Shown piece after piece: positions 22,573 through 35,220 of a stretch of 64,000 bases of DNA (positions within the stretch are counted from its first letter, which is position 1; each line of letters opens with the position of its first letter). The stretch comes from Selaginella moellendorffii (taxonomy: Eukaryota > Plantae > Lycopodiophyta), in contig NW_003314266.1 in NCBI RefSeq assembly GCF_000143415.4, positions 2,523,856 to 2,587,855 on the forward strand. The letters are read 5' to 3'. A program made the position numbers and the translations under genes. The notes beneath the pieces were generated by a model that had not been told where the DNA came from, made no database searches, and saw only the letters and a program-made list of their open reading frames with translations.

Positions 22573-25500
22573 ATGTTGTATGCATGTTCAATTACTGATA
22601 GAGGCATGCATGCAGCTAGCAGGATGGTGAAGAGGAACCGTGTTGATGATGCTGAAACCTCTAGACGGGCTAATCGAGAGGAGGAAACTCCTGCTAGAGA
22701 TGTTGTGGAAGAGGCTAAGGCTGAGTCAGAAGAGGAAGAGCCAGATGTTGCGACGCTGCAGCGTACGGCTCAGGAAGTCGAGATCGAGAATTTGCGAAGG
22801 GAGAATCGCAAATTGAAGAAGGAGAACAAGAAGAGGAAGAAAGAAGTTGAGGCAGCTAAACCAGCTAAGCCTAAGCAACCGAACTCCTCCTCAAGTTCTG
22901 AGGACGATGAAGTTCTGCAGCCACCCCCGGTTGCACGAGTTTCAAAGTTCAAGCCTCTGAAACCACCCAATTTCAGAGGCATGCAGGACTATCAGGTTTT
23001 GGAAGACTGGGCCTACGATATGGAAAATTATTTCATAGCGGCAGACGTAGATGATCATACGAAAGTTGCGTGCGCGCAATCCTTTCTTACCGATCATGCC
23101 AAAACTTGATGGCACCAGGTGTGTGCTGAAAAAGGGCAGACTAGAAGTTGGACCAAGATGAGGTCTCGTATCCGTAAGGAATACTTGCTAGATGATCTTG
23201 GTCTAAGACTTCGCGCGGAGCTGCGACGGTTAAAGCAGCAAGGGGACCTTATGCATTACGTTAATGTGTTTGCTCAAAAGCGCATTATGATTGCAAATAT
23301 GAGTGACGAAGATGCTTGGAGTTATTTTCTGGAGGGTTTAAGTTCATTTTCTCGCAATGAGATTTTGAAGTTTAAGCCGAAGACATACCTGGAGTGTAAG
23401 GAGGCAGCGCAACAAGTTGCCTTTAGTCACTCGTTCATGGAACAATATCAGCAACCGCATGTTGGTAACTCAGATAAGAATAGGAATTCTGGGAATAAGC
23501 AAGGTGATTAGAAACAAAGGGTGGAAAGTAGGTACCACCTTGGGGGCTCACAAGCTATGGTTAATAAAGGTGGTGGTGGTTGGAGACCACCAGCAGCTTC
23601 TTCTGGTCCTAGGCCCTCTGTTCCTCCTCTTGGTGGGTACAAGCAACAGCACTCTGCAAAACCTGCTCCTAGCGGAACAGGTAGTGTGGGTCATTGCTTC
23701 CATTGTGGAGAGTCGGGACATATGTCCTCAGAATGTCCCAACAAGCATAAGACAAGGTCTCGCGTTAATGTCATGAGGGAAGACAGTGGTGGTGAAGTTG
23801 AAGGGGTTGATGAGTTGGTCAATGCAGACTATGAAGAAGAAGAGATGAGTAACTTTCGTTGCTTTCCTCAAGCTTTTCTTGCAGTCAATGCAAACACTGA
23901 TTTGTTGATGTATTTGGTAGGCTTTGTTCATGGACACCGAATCCGAGTGATGATTGACATGGGAGCTACGCCCAGCGTGATATCCGAAGACTTAGTTAAG
24001 TTGTTAGGATTGAATGCTGAGCAAATATCACCTATGCACTTCCAGTTTGCAGAAGGTGGGCAAGTAGCCAGAAAGTTTGTGAGTGATGTTCCAATAAAGA
24101 TATCTAAGTGGAAAGAAAGAGTGGACTTGATAGTGTTGAAGATACCAGATTTTTAGATGGTGTTTGGTATAGATTTCTTCAAGAAGTATATAAAAGGGAT
24201 TTATCGTGCTGGACAAAGTCGTATCACATTGAAGTCAGAAGGACATCCTGATGTATCCTTTTAGTTGCAAAAGCGTTCCTCAAAGGATTGGGATGCAAAG
24301 TTCCTGACTACGAGGGCCGCTCAAAAAGCAGCTAAGAGGGGATGTCAGACCTTTTGGGTTCAAGTGATGGAAGCTGAGGGTGTTGGTGACTCAGTTCGAA
24401 TCGGCGATGGGGTTGATCCTATACCAAAGAGGATATTGGAGTTATTGGCGAGGAATTATGATATCTTTCCGAAGGATTTGCCGCCAGAGCTACCTCCTAG
24501 CCATGAGGTTGATCATCGGATTGAGGTTATTCCGGGTTTTAAACCACCTACGAAAGCTCTATATCGGTTGAACATTAAGGAGATGGCTGAACTCAAGAAG
24601 CAACTCATGGAGCTTCTTGACAAAGGTCATATCCAACCAAGCAAATCACCTTATGGAGCGCCGGTCCTTTTTATTATGAAAAAAGATGGAACCATGAGGA
24701 TGTGTATTGACTATCGGGCACTCAACAAGATCACGGTTAAAAATAGTTATATTTTCCCTCGCATTGATGACCTGTTTGACCAACTCTTAAAGGCTAAGTA
24801 TTTTACGCGACTTGATTTGCGGTCCGGGTATCATCAGATACGGGTGGCGGATCAGGATGTGGAGAAGACAGCCTTTAAGACTTGGTACGGATCTTATGAG
24901 TTCCTTGTCATGCCGTTCGGGTTATGCAATGCTCTGGCAACGTTCAGCATTATGATGGATAGAATATTCAGAGATTATTTGGATGCATTTGTTGTCCTGT
25001 ATATCGACGATGTTCTAGTCTTTAGTGAAACGTTGGAGGATCATTTGAAACACTTGGAGCTGGTGTTTCAAAAGTTGCGCGAACACAAACTATATGCTAA
25101 GGAAAGTAAATGCGGTTTTGGACAATTGCGCATAAACTTTCTCAGACATATAGTTGGTGGTGGCGTGATTGAGGTCGATCCAAAGAAGGTGGAAGCAATG
25201 AAGTCCTGGGAAGTTTCGACCACTGTATCAGATGTTCGATCTTTTCTCGGTTTGGCGGGATACTATCGCAAGTTTGTCCGCAATTTTGCAAGGATTGCTC
25301 TTCCGTTGACTGAGTTGACGAAGAGTAGTATTCCATTTCATTAGACACCAGCTTGCTAGCGTGCTTTTGCACGGTTGAAGGAAATCTTGACTACGGTTCC
25401 TGTTCTCAGGATCCCAGATCTTGATAAACCCTTCAAAGTGCATTGTGATGCATCTGGTTATGCTATTGGTGCCGTGTTACAGCAAGATTGTGACAAAGCG

Positions 25501-27344
25501 GTTGGTGTTACGCTAAGGTGACATTGTTGTCCTGTTGCGTTCTATTCCAAGAAATTGGATGAGACCCAACGAAGATGGCCAACGCATAAGAAAAAGATGT
25601 TTGCTATAGTGTCGGCCCTGGAACATTGGAGACACTACTTGGGTGGACATACCAAGGTTTATATAGATAGTAACACACTAAGCTACTTTGCTACGCAGCC
25701 TAAGCTTACGCCGAAGCAAGCTCGTTGGCAAGAGAAGCTTGCTAGATATGATATTGAAATCATATATAAACCTGGTAAAGACAATATTGTTTCGGATGCG
25801 TTGAGTCGTCAGGCTCAATTCCGGGCAATATCGGCAATCAGTTCGGACTGGTTGGTGGACGTTTGGGCTTCGTATGGAAGTGATCCATTGGCGAAGGCAA
25901 TCTTATGCCGTGCGGGGTTGTTGAAGCAGAGCCCTAGTAGCGAAGCAGCGAAAGTTGCTAGTCGCACTAATGCGAAACTTCACTTCTCAGTTCGAGATGG
26001 GCTTATATTCTATAAGCAAGAAAGATTGTATCTTCCCTCTAAGAATCTACAACAGTTGTTTCTGCGGGAACATCATGATGTTCCGACAGCCGGATATGGT
26101 GAGAAGTGAAAGACTCTGGCTTCATTGAAAAAGGGATTTTTCTGGTCTGGTATGGAAGGTGATGTAGTGGACTATGTTCATTCTTGCCCTATATGCCAGC
26201 AATGTAAGCGCAGAACTGAGAAGCAGGCTGGGAAGTTGCAGTGCATTCCAGCACCGGCATGGCCATTTCAAAGTGTGACACTTGATTTTGTCACTTGTTT
26301 GCCGAAGTCTAAGGGTTATGATACTTTGATGGTGGTTGTGGATCGGTTGTCGAAGATTGCACACTTCATTCCAACTGTGGGCATAGTAAATGCGAAACAA
26401 GCAGCAAAGCTCTTTTTTATGAAGTAGTGCGGGTTCGTGGTCTTCCTGAAGAGATGATCTCGGATAGAGATTCGAGATTTACGGGGAAGTTTTGAGGCAC
26501 ACTATTCCAGTTGTTCGGTACCAAGTTGAAGTTTAGTATGGCTTATCATCCTCAAACTGATGGGCAGACCAAACGCGTGAATGCTCAAGTTGAGGATTAT
26601 CTGCGGTACTATGTCACAGCGGACCAACGTGACTGGGTTGAGCATTTGGATACAACAGAAATCTGTTATAACAACACATTTCACAGCGCTATCGGTTGTT
26701 CTCTATGGGAGATGCTGCAAGGAAATGCTCGTAGGGTTCCTCAACAGATCGTTATACTGAAACCAATGACCAAAGTGTTGGTCCCAGCCGTTGAAACTTA
26801 TGCGGAGCAGCTACGCCAAAGTTGGTCTAGAGCTACTGAGGCGATGGGCAAAGCTCAGGATAGGTATCGACGTGATAAGGATTAGTATTGTCGGGATGTA
26901 TCCTATCAAGTGGGAGATCAGGTGTGGCTATCTTTCCGAAACTTGAACATTAAGGGTCTTTTGTCTCGGAAACTCTTGCCGAGATATGTTGGACCCTATC
27001 GGGTGTTAAAACGTCTTGGTGATGTATCCTATCGGTTGGATCTGCCTACGGAGATGTCCAATGTTCATAATGTATTTCATGCCAATTTACTGGCTCCTTA
27101 CGCTATGGATGTTGCACGTCAACAAGAGATTCGTCCACCGCCAGATGTTGTGGATGGTGAACTTGAATATGAAGTAGAAGCTATTTTGGATTCACGCTGG
27201 CTTAAACGTGCCAAACGTCGGGAGTATCTAGTTAACTGGAAAGGTTACCCAACTTGTGAATCAACTTGGGAGCCCCTTAGTAATCTTACCCATGCTCGTG
27301 AGCTTGTCACGGAGTATGAGAATAGTAATAAAAATAACAATTAG
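22573..27344 (+). pseudogene. gag-pol: gag-pol polyprotein with C-terminal chromodomain, fragmented
   Basis: Consecutive ORF pieces separated by stops; EYEVEAILDSR..YLVNWKGYP..STWEP. Confidence 0.9.
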
Positions 27345-27944
27345 CTTTTACAAACCTTGTAATAAATCTTGCAAATTAATAAAGAAATATATATTTTTAT
27401 CAATCAAAGTGTCATTTCTCTCGTTCGTTAGTAGTTTGGCAAGCTGACTTCGGCACTTCGGTGCATGGGTTCATTCCATAACCATAGGGTTAATTATTAT
27501 AGACTGATCACAAGTCCCTGCCTCTCTCTCGATGACTCATTTTCAAAAAGGGGCATGGTCGTGTAAACAACTTGATCTGCCAGTTTATAGTAGTTGTCTA
27601 AATCTTCCCGATGGGGTTGATTTCTTACTCAAGGGAAGTTGGGCCTCTGGCCTTCTCCCTATATCCCTACGGGCAGGGATGTATCATTCCTTTGTAAGCC
27701 GAATGGTACTCGGAGCAGCAAGGGTGGCTAACTCTTTTAGTTATTTCCTTGTCAGTGATGGCCAGAGGGTGTCTAAGTCTTAACGTCTTTGGACATAGAG
27801 GAGAAGTCGTTCCATAACTCATTTAAGTCGGTGTGTTTCCCACATAGTGTGCTTTCCGTTAATTTTCGGAGTTGTTTCCTTGACGGTTTGCTAGACTTGG
27901 GTATGCATTGACGAGGACGTCGATCTTCCCCAAGGGGGGGAGAG

Positions 27945-28862
27945 TGTCGCAAATGTGACTTCGGGTATCGAAAGATACTTGTCGACCAGTCCTTACGGGC
28001 ACTCTTTCCTTACTGCCACGACAGCAGGAGGTCGGTACTGCTGGTTCCCTTTATTGGCCCCTCTTGTCCAAGTGTTAGTAAACTGGACTTAGCATCTATA
28101 CTTGGCCGGATGAGTATAAGGACGGAATTCTTAAGTGTCTATTTGGCCAAACATACTTGGCCCGGCTTTTGAATTCTCTTTTGCTCTGTCTTGCACTGGC
28201 TTGGCAAGAACCCTCGCGTATTGAGACTAGTCCCTCAATATCACCGAATGATAGCTTACCATGTCTGCCAAACACCCTCGCTATCACACCCTTTGTGTTA
28301 GTCTCATTTCGGTCTCAAGTGCTATTTATGGAAAGTGTCTAGATTCGCTCATTTGGCATGTCTACAGAATGTAGAGGTCGGCCTGAACACAATGGTGTTT
28401 GTCCCGTGTCCAAATTCACAATCTAAGGCCATTCCATATTTAATAAGTTTTGAACTTGTCCCAAAGACTAACTCCTGGTACTAAGGGTGGCTTGGGGTGA
28501 AAGCCCAAAGCGTGTGTTCCTCAAGGGGGGGGGGCTGTGGGGGGTTCCAAATGTATAGTAGGGATAGTGGTTGGAATGCATGTCTGACCATCTGAGACAT
28601 TAGTTTGGCTCCTGTTGGGCTATGTCACTCCTTGTTCTGCGTCCGACTTGGGTCTAAGCCCAAGCTCCACGCTGCTCTAGTCAGTGGAGTACCCTCCTCC
28701 TCGCGTTAGGCCACCAGTATGCCAAAATTATGCCAAACTTCGTCTGATACCATTTTGCATGCAGGTGTTGGATATGGGGAGCTGGTGCTCGTGGGATTGT
28801 ACCGGACCCTCGTTCGTAGCACAACGGGCTTGGAGTTCAGCTCCAAATTCATGTGCGCTACA
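27945..28862 (+). repeat. Chromovirus 3' LTR (918 bp)
   Basis: Follows PPT, ends GCTACA then TSD. Confidence 0.93.
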
Positions 28863-29650
28863 GTAAGGTTATAAAACTTAATTTGTCAACCTTTAAAAAG
28901 TTGTAAAAGCATTTATCAAACCAAATGGCATCACTAAAAGCTTATATTAACCCACTTTCACCATTTGCAAAACATTCTCTAACTTAAAATAAATATGACA
29001 ATGCCCTTGCCTCAACTTTATAAAATACTGAGTATTACAAAGACAATTACGTAAATTATCGATATGAGGGACTGATAATATATTCTTCACAATTTTATTG
29101 TTTAATCCTTTATATTTATGAAGAGATCTTATATATCATCTTTTTAATTAATTATCACTATTGGAGCAACCCAAGGAGACTTATTTATCCATAACTACCT
29201 TTTTTAAAGGTATTTAGTAAATTATCTATTGATTTCCTCATCTTTAGTGGAACTAGTATGAGTCAATAGTTGATTGTAGCTCCAGGAATTAAATCAATCT
29301 CAAAATCCCATATTCTAGAAGTAAACTATCAAGCAACTCATCTAAAATATATCACAAAACTCCTCTTGAATATAATTCATATGAGCTTTATGTCTACAAA
29401 TGCATTCCAAATAAGGTGTTTGTAAGATTAATGTAAAGATCACAAAACTTACAAGCATACTATCTAAAGAAAGTCCCCTATCCAATCTCTAGGAATTAGT
29501 TCACAAGAGTAACTTTTTCAAAATTCTTTAAAAATGAAGCACATAAAGCCTTTATCAAATTACTTAATTTTAGATTAACTTTGATGAGTCATAAAAAAAT
29601 TAATTTTCATATTATCTTTATAAAGGTTATAAGATTACCAACTTTTCTAC
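28863..29650 (-). mobile_element. Old gypsy pol relic, right part; right boundary approximate
   Basis: Minus frames LLVMPFGL (~28920-28945) and DFEIDLIPGAT (~29275-29310). Confidence 0.65.
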
Positions 29651-30329
29651 AACTTCAACTAGCAATCAGCCTTTTTATTGCCATAATCATTTGATGATGA
29701 CTATCATTTCAAGATACCATAATCCTTGATTTACGATACTATAATCCAATAGTAATTACAGACATGAAATTGATTCAAACTTTGAAATTTTATATGAAGC
29801 AAGAAAATTTTTAATGAGATTGATGGAATCTTTCACCTCCTTAATATCATTATGAATCTTAGTAATGTAGTGTCCTTTCCTCATGACAACATCATTAAAG
29901 CTAAGTTATATATGTGGTGTCCCTAATCAAGATCTTAGAATTTTTATTAGATCTTACCATTATTTGAATAGGGTGCAATATGAATTAAAGGATGAGATAA
30001 TGACCTTGATGAATGAAGAAAAGTTACACTCCTCTATAGCTTTGATTAGTTTTGTTATTTCTTCTCCTATCAATAATACACTTATTTGAATATGGCAATT
30101 CAACAATGTGTTTAATGGATTTTTAAGTCAGGAAATTCCACTCAAGGTTAGTTTATTGGAGATATGTACATCAAAGAATGGAATTTGCATTGGTGGTATT
30201 TATTCTACACTTCTTTGAAAGTTGTTGATCCAAGTCATTAGAAAAACTATTTTCAAGTTTTTGTGTCCACAATCGATTTCTTTTATGATTTATTAAATGA
30301 TAATCTCAATACAAATCCTCTATGAAGTT

Positions 30330-30760
30330 TTTGTAATATTCTATAACTTTATGGCAAAATAAGTGGCCATCTCTTTGTAGCAATTAGCTACAATAGAGAA
30401 GTTTGGATATCACTACTCAACTTGAATCAAGATATTAAAGAAATTTTTAAAAGCAATTGTAAAGAAGTATATTATGTGGGAAAAAGGAAAGAGATTTAAG
30501 ATTGCATAATTTCCTAAATTATATTGGAGTTATCAATTGCACACACACCTAAATAGAGCTTCCAGGTGAGGAGATTACAAATAACAATTCAACATACAAG
30601 TATAAGTTATCGTTGATAATGAATCTTATTTTCTAAACTTGAGAGCTAGATATCTAGGATTTGCAAGTGATTAGAGGGTTTAAGCCACAAATAACTTCAA
30701 GTCATAGGTTACTCTTGGTGAAAGACTAAATGATCCTATTTACTATACAAGATTTGGAAA
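30330..30760 (+). mobile_element. PIF/Harbinger (HARBI1-like) DDE transposase relic
   Basis: FLNYIGVINCTH (cf. FPNCIGAIDCTH); FNIQV*VIVDNESYF...RYLGFASD*RV (cf. GWPGSxHDxRV). Confidence 0.6.
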
Positions 30761-30769
30761 TTATCCCTA

Positions 30770-33000
30770 AGTATTTAATAGTAGACTTTGAGAAGGCTTA
30801 TGACCGAGAGGATTAGCATCCCATAAGTATGATCAAACAGATAGCACTATTGTATAAAAGAGCAACCAGCCGAGTCATGATTAATAGGGAGACAGGACCT
30901 TCTTTTCAACTAGGCCACTTGGTAAGGTAATGATGCCCCCTGACTCTATACTTGTTCTTAATTGTAGCTCCCAAAGACAGAAGTGGTGGCATGAGAATTG
31001 GATGGAGCTTTTGTTGATGACATGGCACTCTTCCTATAAGCCACTATAGAGAACCTGGATAGAGCAAAGGAATGACTAAAAACTTTTAACTTGGCTGTCA
31101 GAGTGGCAATCAACTAGAACAAGTCAGTCAGGATAAACTAGGGAAACCTTGGGTTCAAATCCTGTGGACAGGCAATTGACTTCCAGTGGCTGAAACCTTG
31201 AGAGGATATGAGATACTTGAGGATCCAGGGGTTAAGTAAAACATAACATTGTAAGATGGCATCTTGTGGACACTGGTCTAGAAATGGGCTCCTAGGAAGC
31301 TTGGCCTCTCAACTAGGACTGTGGTGGCAAAGTCTGTCATCTTGCCAAACATATGGTACCATATCTCAATCTGGCTGCAATCTGGTATATACTTACGTTT
31401 GGCAGGGTGCACTGATGATAGGGAGGATGATGGGCAAGGAATTCCATCCATGAGTGTTGGGAGGACTCAATTTCATTGACCCCAGTGATATGGCCAAGGC
31501 TCTAAGGTACAAGATCATTCTCATGGGACTCCAACCAAGTAGACAGCCATTTATCCATGGCACAACATGACTTGCCCATGGGCCAAAGACCCGTGTTGGT
31601 TGTTTGCTGAAGGCCCAATATAGGTTGTGAAAGGGGTCCTCTTATCCAGGGACTCCACAGGTTATGGAACTCTTTTCCCCTAGGATAGATTAGACTAAGC
31701 TGCATTGAGGATTGGCTCAACCAGCCACTTTTTTTCAATGCGCTCTTTAGGGAAGGGGATCAGACATTAGGCGGGGAGGACCACTACACCATCTGGAGAG
31801 AATTTCATGTCGGGGGGTAGCAGCTGGTGGACATAGTAGACAGGGATATGTTCAAAACAGCAATCCAAAGTTTTGGAATGGGGAAATGATGGAAAGTGGA
31901 TTAGAACTTGTTACAACTCCTCTAGGCTGTCAACAATGCCAAAGGAGGAAGAAAATGGCTATGACAATGCGCACAAACTGGAGACTTCATAGCGATCTAA
32001 TAAGAAGCACAACTAAAAGGTGAGGAATGCAAGTTAGAATCAAGGGCATTTACTGCACTGATGCTGGCATGGACAGAGGTGGACATTGAGGTATGGTTCA
32101 TTACCTCCCCAGAGAAAAACGATGGCCATCCCTTTTCGATTGTGTGGGGAGACATGCTGGTGATGGCTGGAGAGGTGTAGCACATGCCCACAGTCATGAA
32201 TAATGAAGTAANNNNNNNNNNNNNNNNNNNNNNNNNNNNNNNNNNNNNNNNNNNNNNNNNNNNNNNNNNNNNNNNNNNNNNNNNNNNNNNNNNNNNNNNN
32301 NNNNNNNNNNNAGCAATCAACCAGGATAATAGATGTAGTCGAGTCAGAGGGAGAAGGATGATGGAGGATCTTGACTGGGACCCAGCTGCTTGGAGGAGAG
32401 GCAACAATGGTTTTTCTCATATGATGTTAAGGAGTCTTGTAACAGACTCCACATGAGGGTGAAAGGGATGAAATCCCTGGAGAAAGTGGATTGACGAATG
32501 CATGGAAGCGGAACATGTCATAGACAACATGGTAACTTTCTGGAAGCTCCCAATTTAGGAGAAGGTGAAGATCACCTCATGGCTGGTGGCCAATAATAGC
32601 CTTCCAGTAGAACACCGTTTTCAGGAGGAAACCAGCCAGTGCTGCTTGACACGTTATGGGAGTGTGACTTAGTGAAGGAGGTATGGAGATAGATCCTTAA
32701 AGTGTTCAAGGACTTACAGCCAATATGGAGGTATGCAGTGGAAATGTTCTTCATTGGTTTGAAGAGTCAAGGGGCTCAGCAACAGGATTGGCTTGGTGAA
32801 GAGTGCGGTGTCGGGGACAACATGGATGGGGTATCCACATACAATGGGATCTGGTGGGAGCGGAGCAGGGGGTTTTAGGCCATGACCGTTGGGCAATATG
32901 GAGGGCCACAGGAGTTGAAGAGATCTGGGAAGCACGGAACAGTCTCTGCTTTGATGGTTAGCAAGCACGAGTGTCGGCTGTAGTAACAAACTGGTGGGCA
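30770..33000 (+). mobile_element. Degenerate LINE (L1-like) RT to zf-RVT relic; contains N gap
   Basis: VDFEKAYDR, VR**CPLTLYLF (QGCPL), FVDD, LWECDLVKEVW. Confidence 0.72.
32212..32311. other. Assembly gap (100 N)
   Basis: N run. Confidence 1.
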
Positions 33001-33540
33001 GCACTGAAGGATAGAAAGACACCAGTAGGGATGAACCACTGGAGAAGCATATGGCTTGTTTTGGGGTGGACTCTAGGGGGGAGATACACTGGAGGTGGAG
33101 ACCCCCAGGGGACAAAATGCCCCCTAATTGCTCTAATGATAATCCCTTGTCCTGGTTGCATGGAAATGTACAGTTACATTTATCTACCCAGGATCCCAAG
33201 TCTGGAATTAAGAGTTGTCATGACTCCTTATCAAGATCAATATCTCATTCCTCCACCATCCCCAAAAGAATTGATATTAAACAAGGTTAGGCTTTCCTAA
33301 AGTCTATAAAATATTCTTAAAATATTTCTATAGCCCGCAACATTGATAAATTTAGAAATTCAGCATATTTCTAGGACTAATAATAATATTTTTATTCTCT
33401 ACACGGATATTCGAAATAGAATCTCTGAAAGTGAAAATACAACTTTCACCTTCATACCATTTTGGTTCATTCCTACAAGACGAAAACTACTACAGCACTT
33501 TAGATTCTCAGTCCAAAAAACGATTTCATAGCTAGACTTA

Positions 33541-34797
33541 TCAAACAGATCCATTTTCTCCCCCTATGGACCAATACCGAGCCAGCTCGTCACCACCACG
33601 ATCAAAACTCCCCTCCCCAAGCAAAACAAGACCGTGATTGTCGCCACGCATGGAACTGACACCCATCCCAGAACAAATCCGAAGGCCCCAAGTTAAATGG
33701 CCCTGGAGTGAAGCTCTTGGCGCGGAAAAATATCGGGAGTGTGTGTGCAATGTAGAGGCCGATAGATACCATAGCTTGAAAGGCAACGCTGCTTCCCAAG
33801 TACTGGAGAAATACCAAAAACCACGGTGGTGAGTCAAGCAACGAGAAATAATAGAGGATGAGTAGCAACTCAAAAGGTATAAAGTTCTTCCATGTTTGGA
33901 TCTCTTTTTTCCAATCATTTTCAAGGATGGCCTATGCTCTCAAGGGATGCTTCTGGCACACTCGCGGTGTGTGCGTTTTGCATGGCTCTTCCGGTAAGTA
34001 TCCCACAGAAAAAAAATGGGCACGGCAGGCAAACTATGCTTCCGGTTCCAGTGCCGTATTTATCCTTGAAAATGGTGTAAAAGAGTTGGGCTACGGCATA
34101 ACCTTTGGCGTCGTTGTTTGGATCAAGCAAGAACCCGATGTCGCTGATCGCCAAAGTGATTCCGAGAATGTAACCATCCAACGATGACGGATATAACAAC
34201 GGCACTTATAATTCCAAATGCACCGTTTTTGTCTGCTGATCTGGTCTCCTCGGACTGCATGAGACGATGGTGAGGACAAATACAAACCAGAAAGCCACCA
34301 TATGAGCAGAGGCATCGTATCCAATAAGTGTGTATTGGCTCATCAAAATTCCAAGAAGAAAAATATACGGATAGCTGTGAATACCTTCGTTGTTCACTGT
34401 GTTGAAATACTTGAAAACAGCCAATCAAGTTCCACAAAGGTACCGAAAAAAGAGAGGATATGAATTGGCAGGCTATTTACTAGCCCGTGAAGAAACAAAA
34501 GGTCTGCATGGAATCCTATTACGCGGCATAATAGCCACGACCATTTGCACCACCAGTGCTCAGTAGTACCATCACTTGAAGGAGAGTGGCTTGAGAAAGG
34601 TCTATGCTTGTCGTCACAGGCCACTGAATTTGAAACACTAAAAGAGAAGAAAAGAGCGAGAGCTAGAAAGACACACCTGACCAACAATGTAAAGAATGAA
34701 TGAGAGAGTAAACGAAAGAGCTTACCAGCCAGTGATCCATGCTTGCAAACGGACCCCAGTTCTCGCCAGCTAGATTGAAGCTCCAGAATTAGAGTCC
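33541..34797 (-). pseudogene. BAT1 paralog pseudogene (deletions, frameshifts, internal inversion, 5' exons lost)
   Basis: Colinear with 10786-12415 including introns; broken ORFs. Confidence 0.9.
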
Positions 34798-35220
34798 TAA
34801 GAGTACCACCTATTAGCGGGATGGACTCAGGCAGAGCAAATGACTCCAGCGGTGGGATGGGATTCGCGTGCGTCGGTCTGATCGTAGCCCCACGGACCCA
34901 GCACGAGAAAGAGACTCTTTTCGGCTCCTTCTAAGATAGTTTTCTTAGTCCGTCGACAATTTTATATGCAGCTACGAAAGTAGGATCAACAGTAGGTCAC
35001 TGATTCTCACGTCACCTTGCATGAGCTGTTACAATTTGATTCCTCGGTGAGAAAGAAAAATCTGCCTGTAGCCTCAATCACATGATACTAATCAGTCCCA
35101 CCTTCTTCACGTGTACGCCTCAAGCTGCGTATAAATCTGCAACCCCTTGCAGTCGAGGAAAACATTAGCTTACAACTTGCTTTCCTGCTTTTGTATACTC
35201 TTGCATCTTGCTCTTCTAGT

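Larger units (their letters stand above)
21500..28862 (+). mobile_element. Full-length Ty3/gypsy chromovirus, coding region inactivated by premature stops
   Basis: LTRs 21500-22432 and 27945-28862, 5-bp TSD GTAAG, iMet PBS TGGTATCAAAG, PPT AAGGGGGGGAGAG; gag, CCHC, PR (DMGA), RT (YIDD), RNase H, integrase (HPQTDGQ), GPY, chromodomain. Confidence 0.96.
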
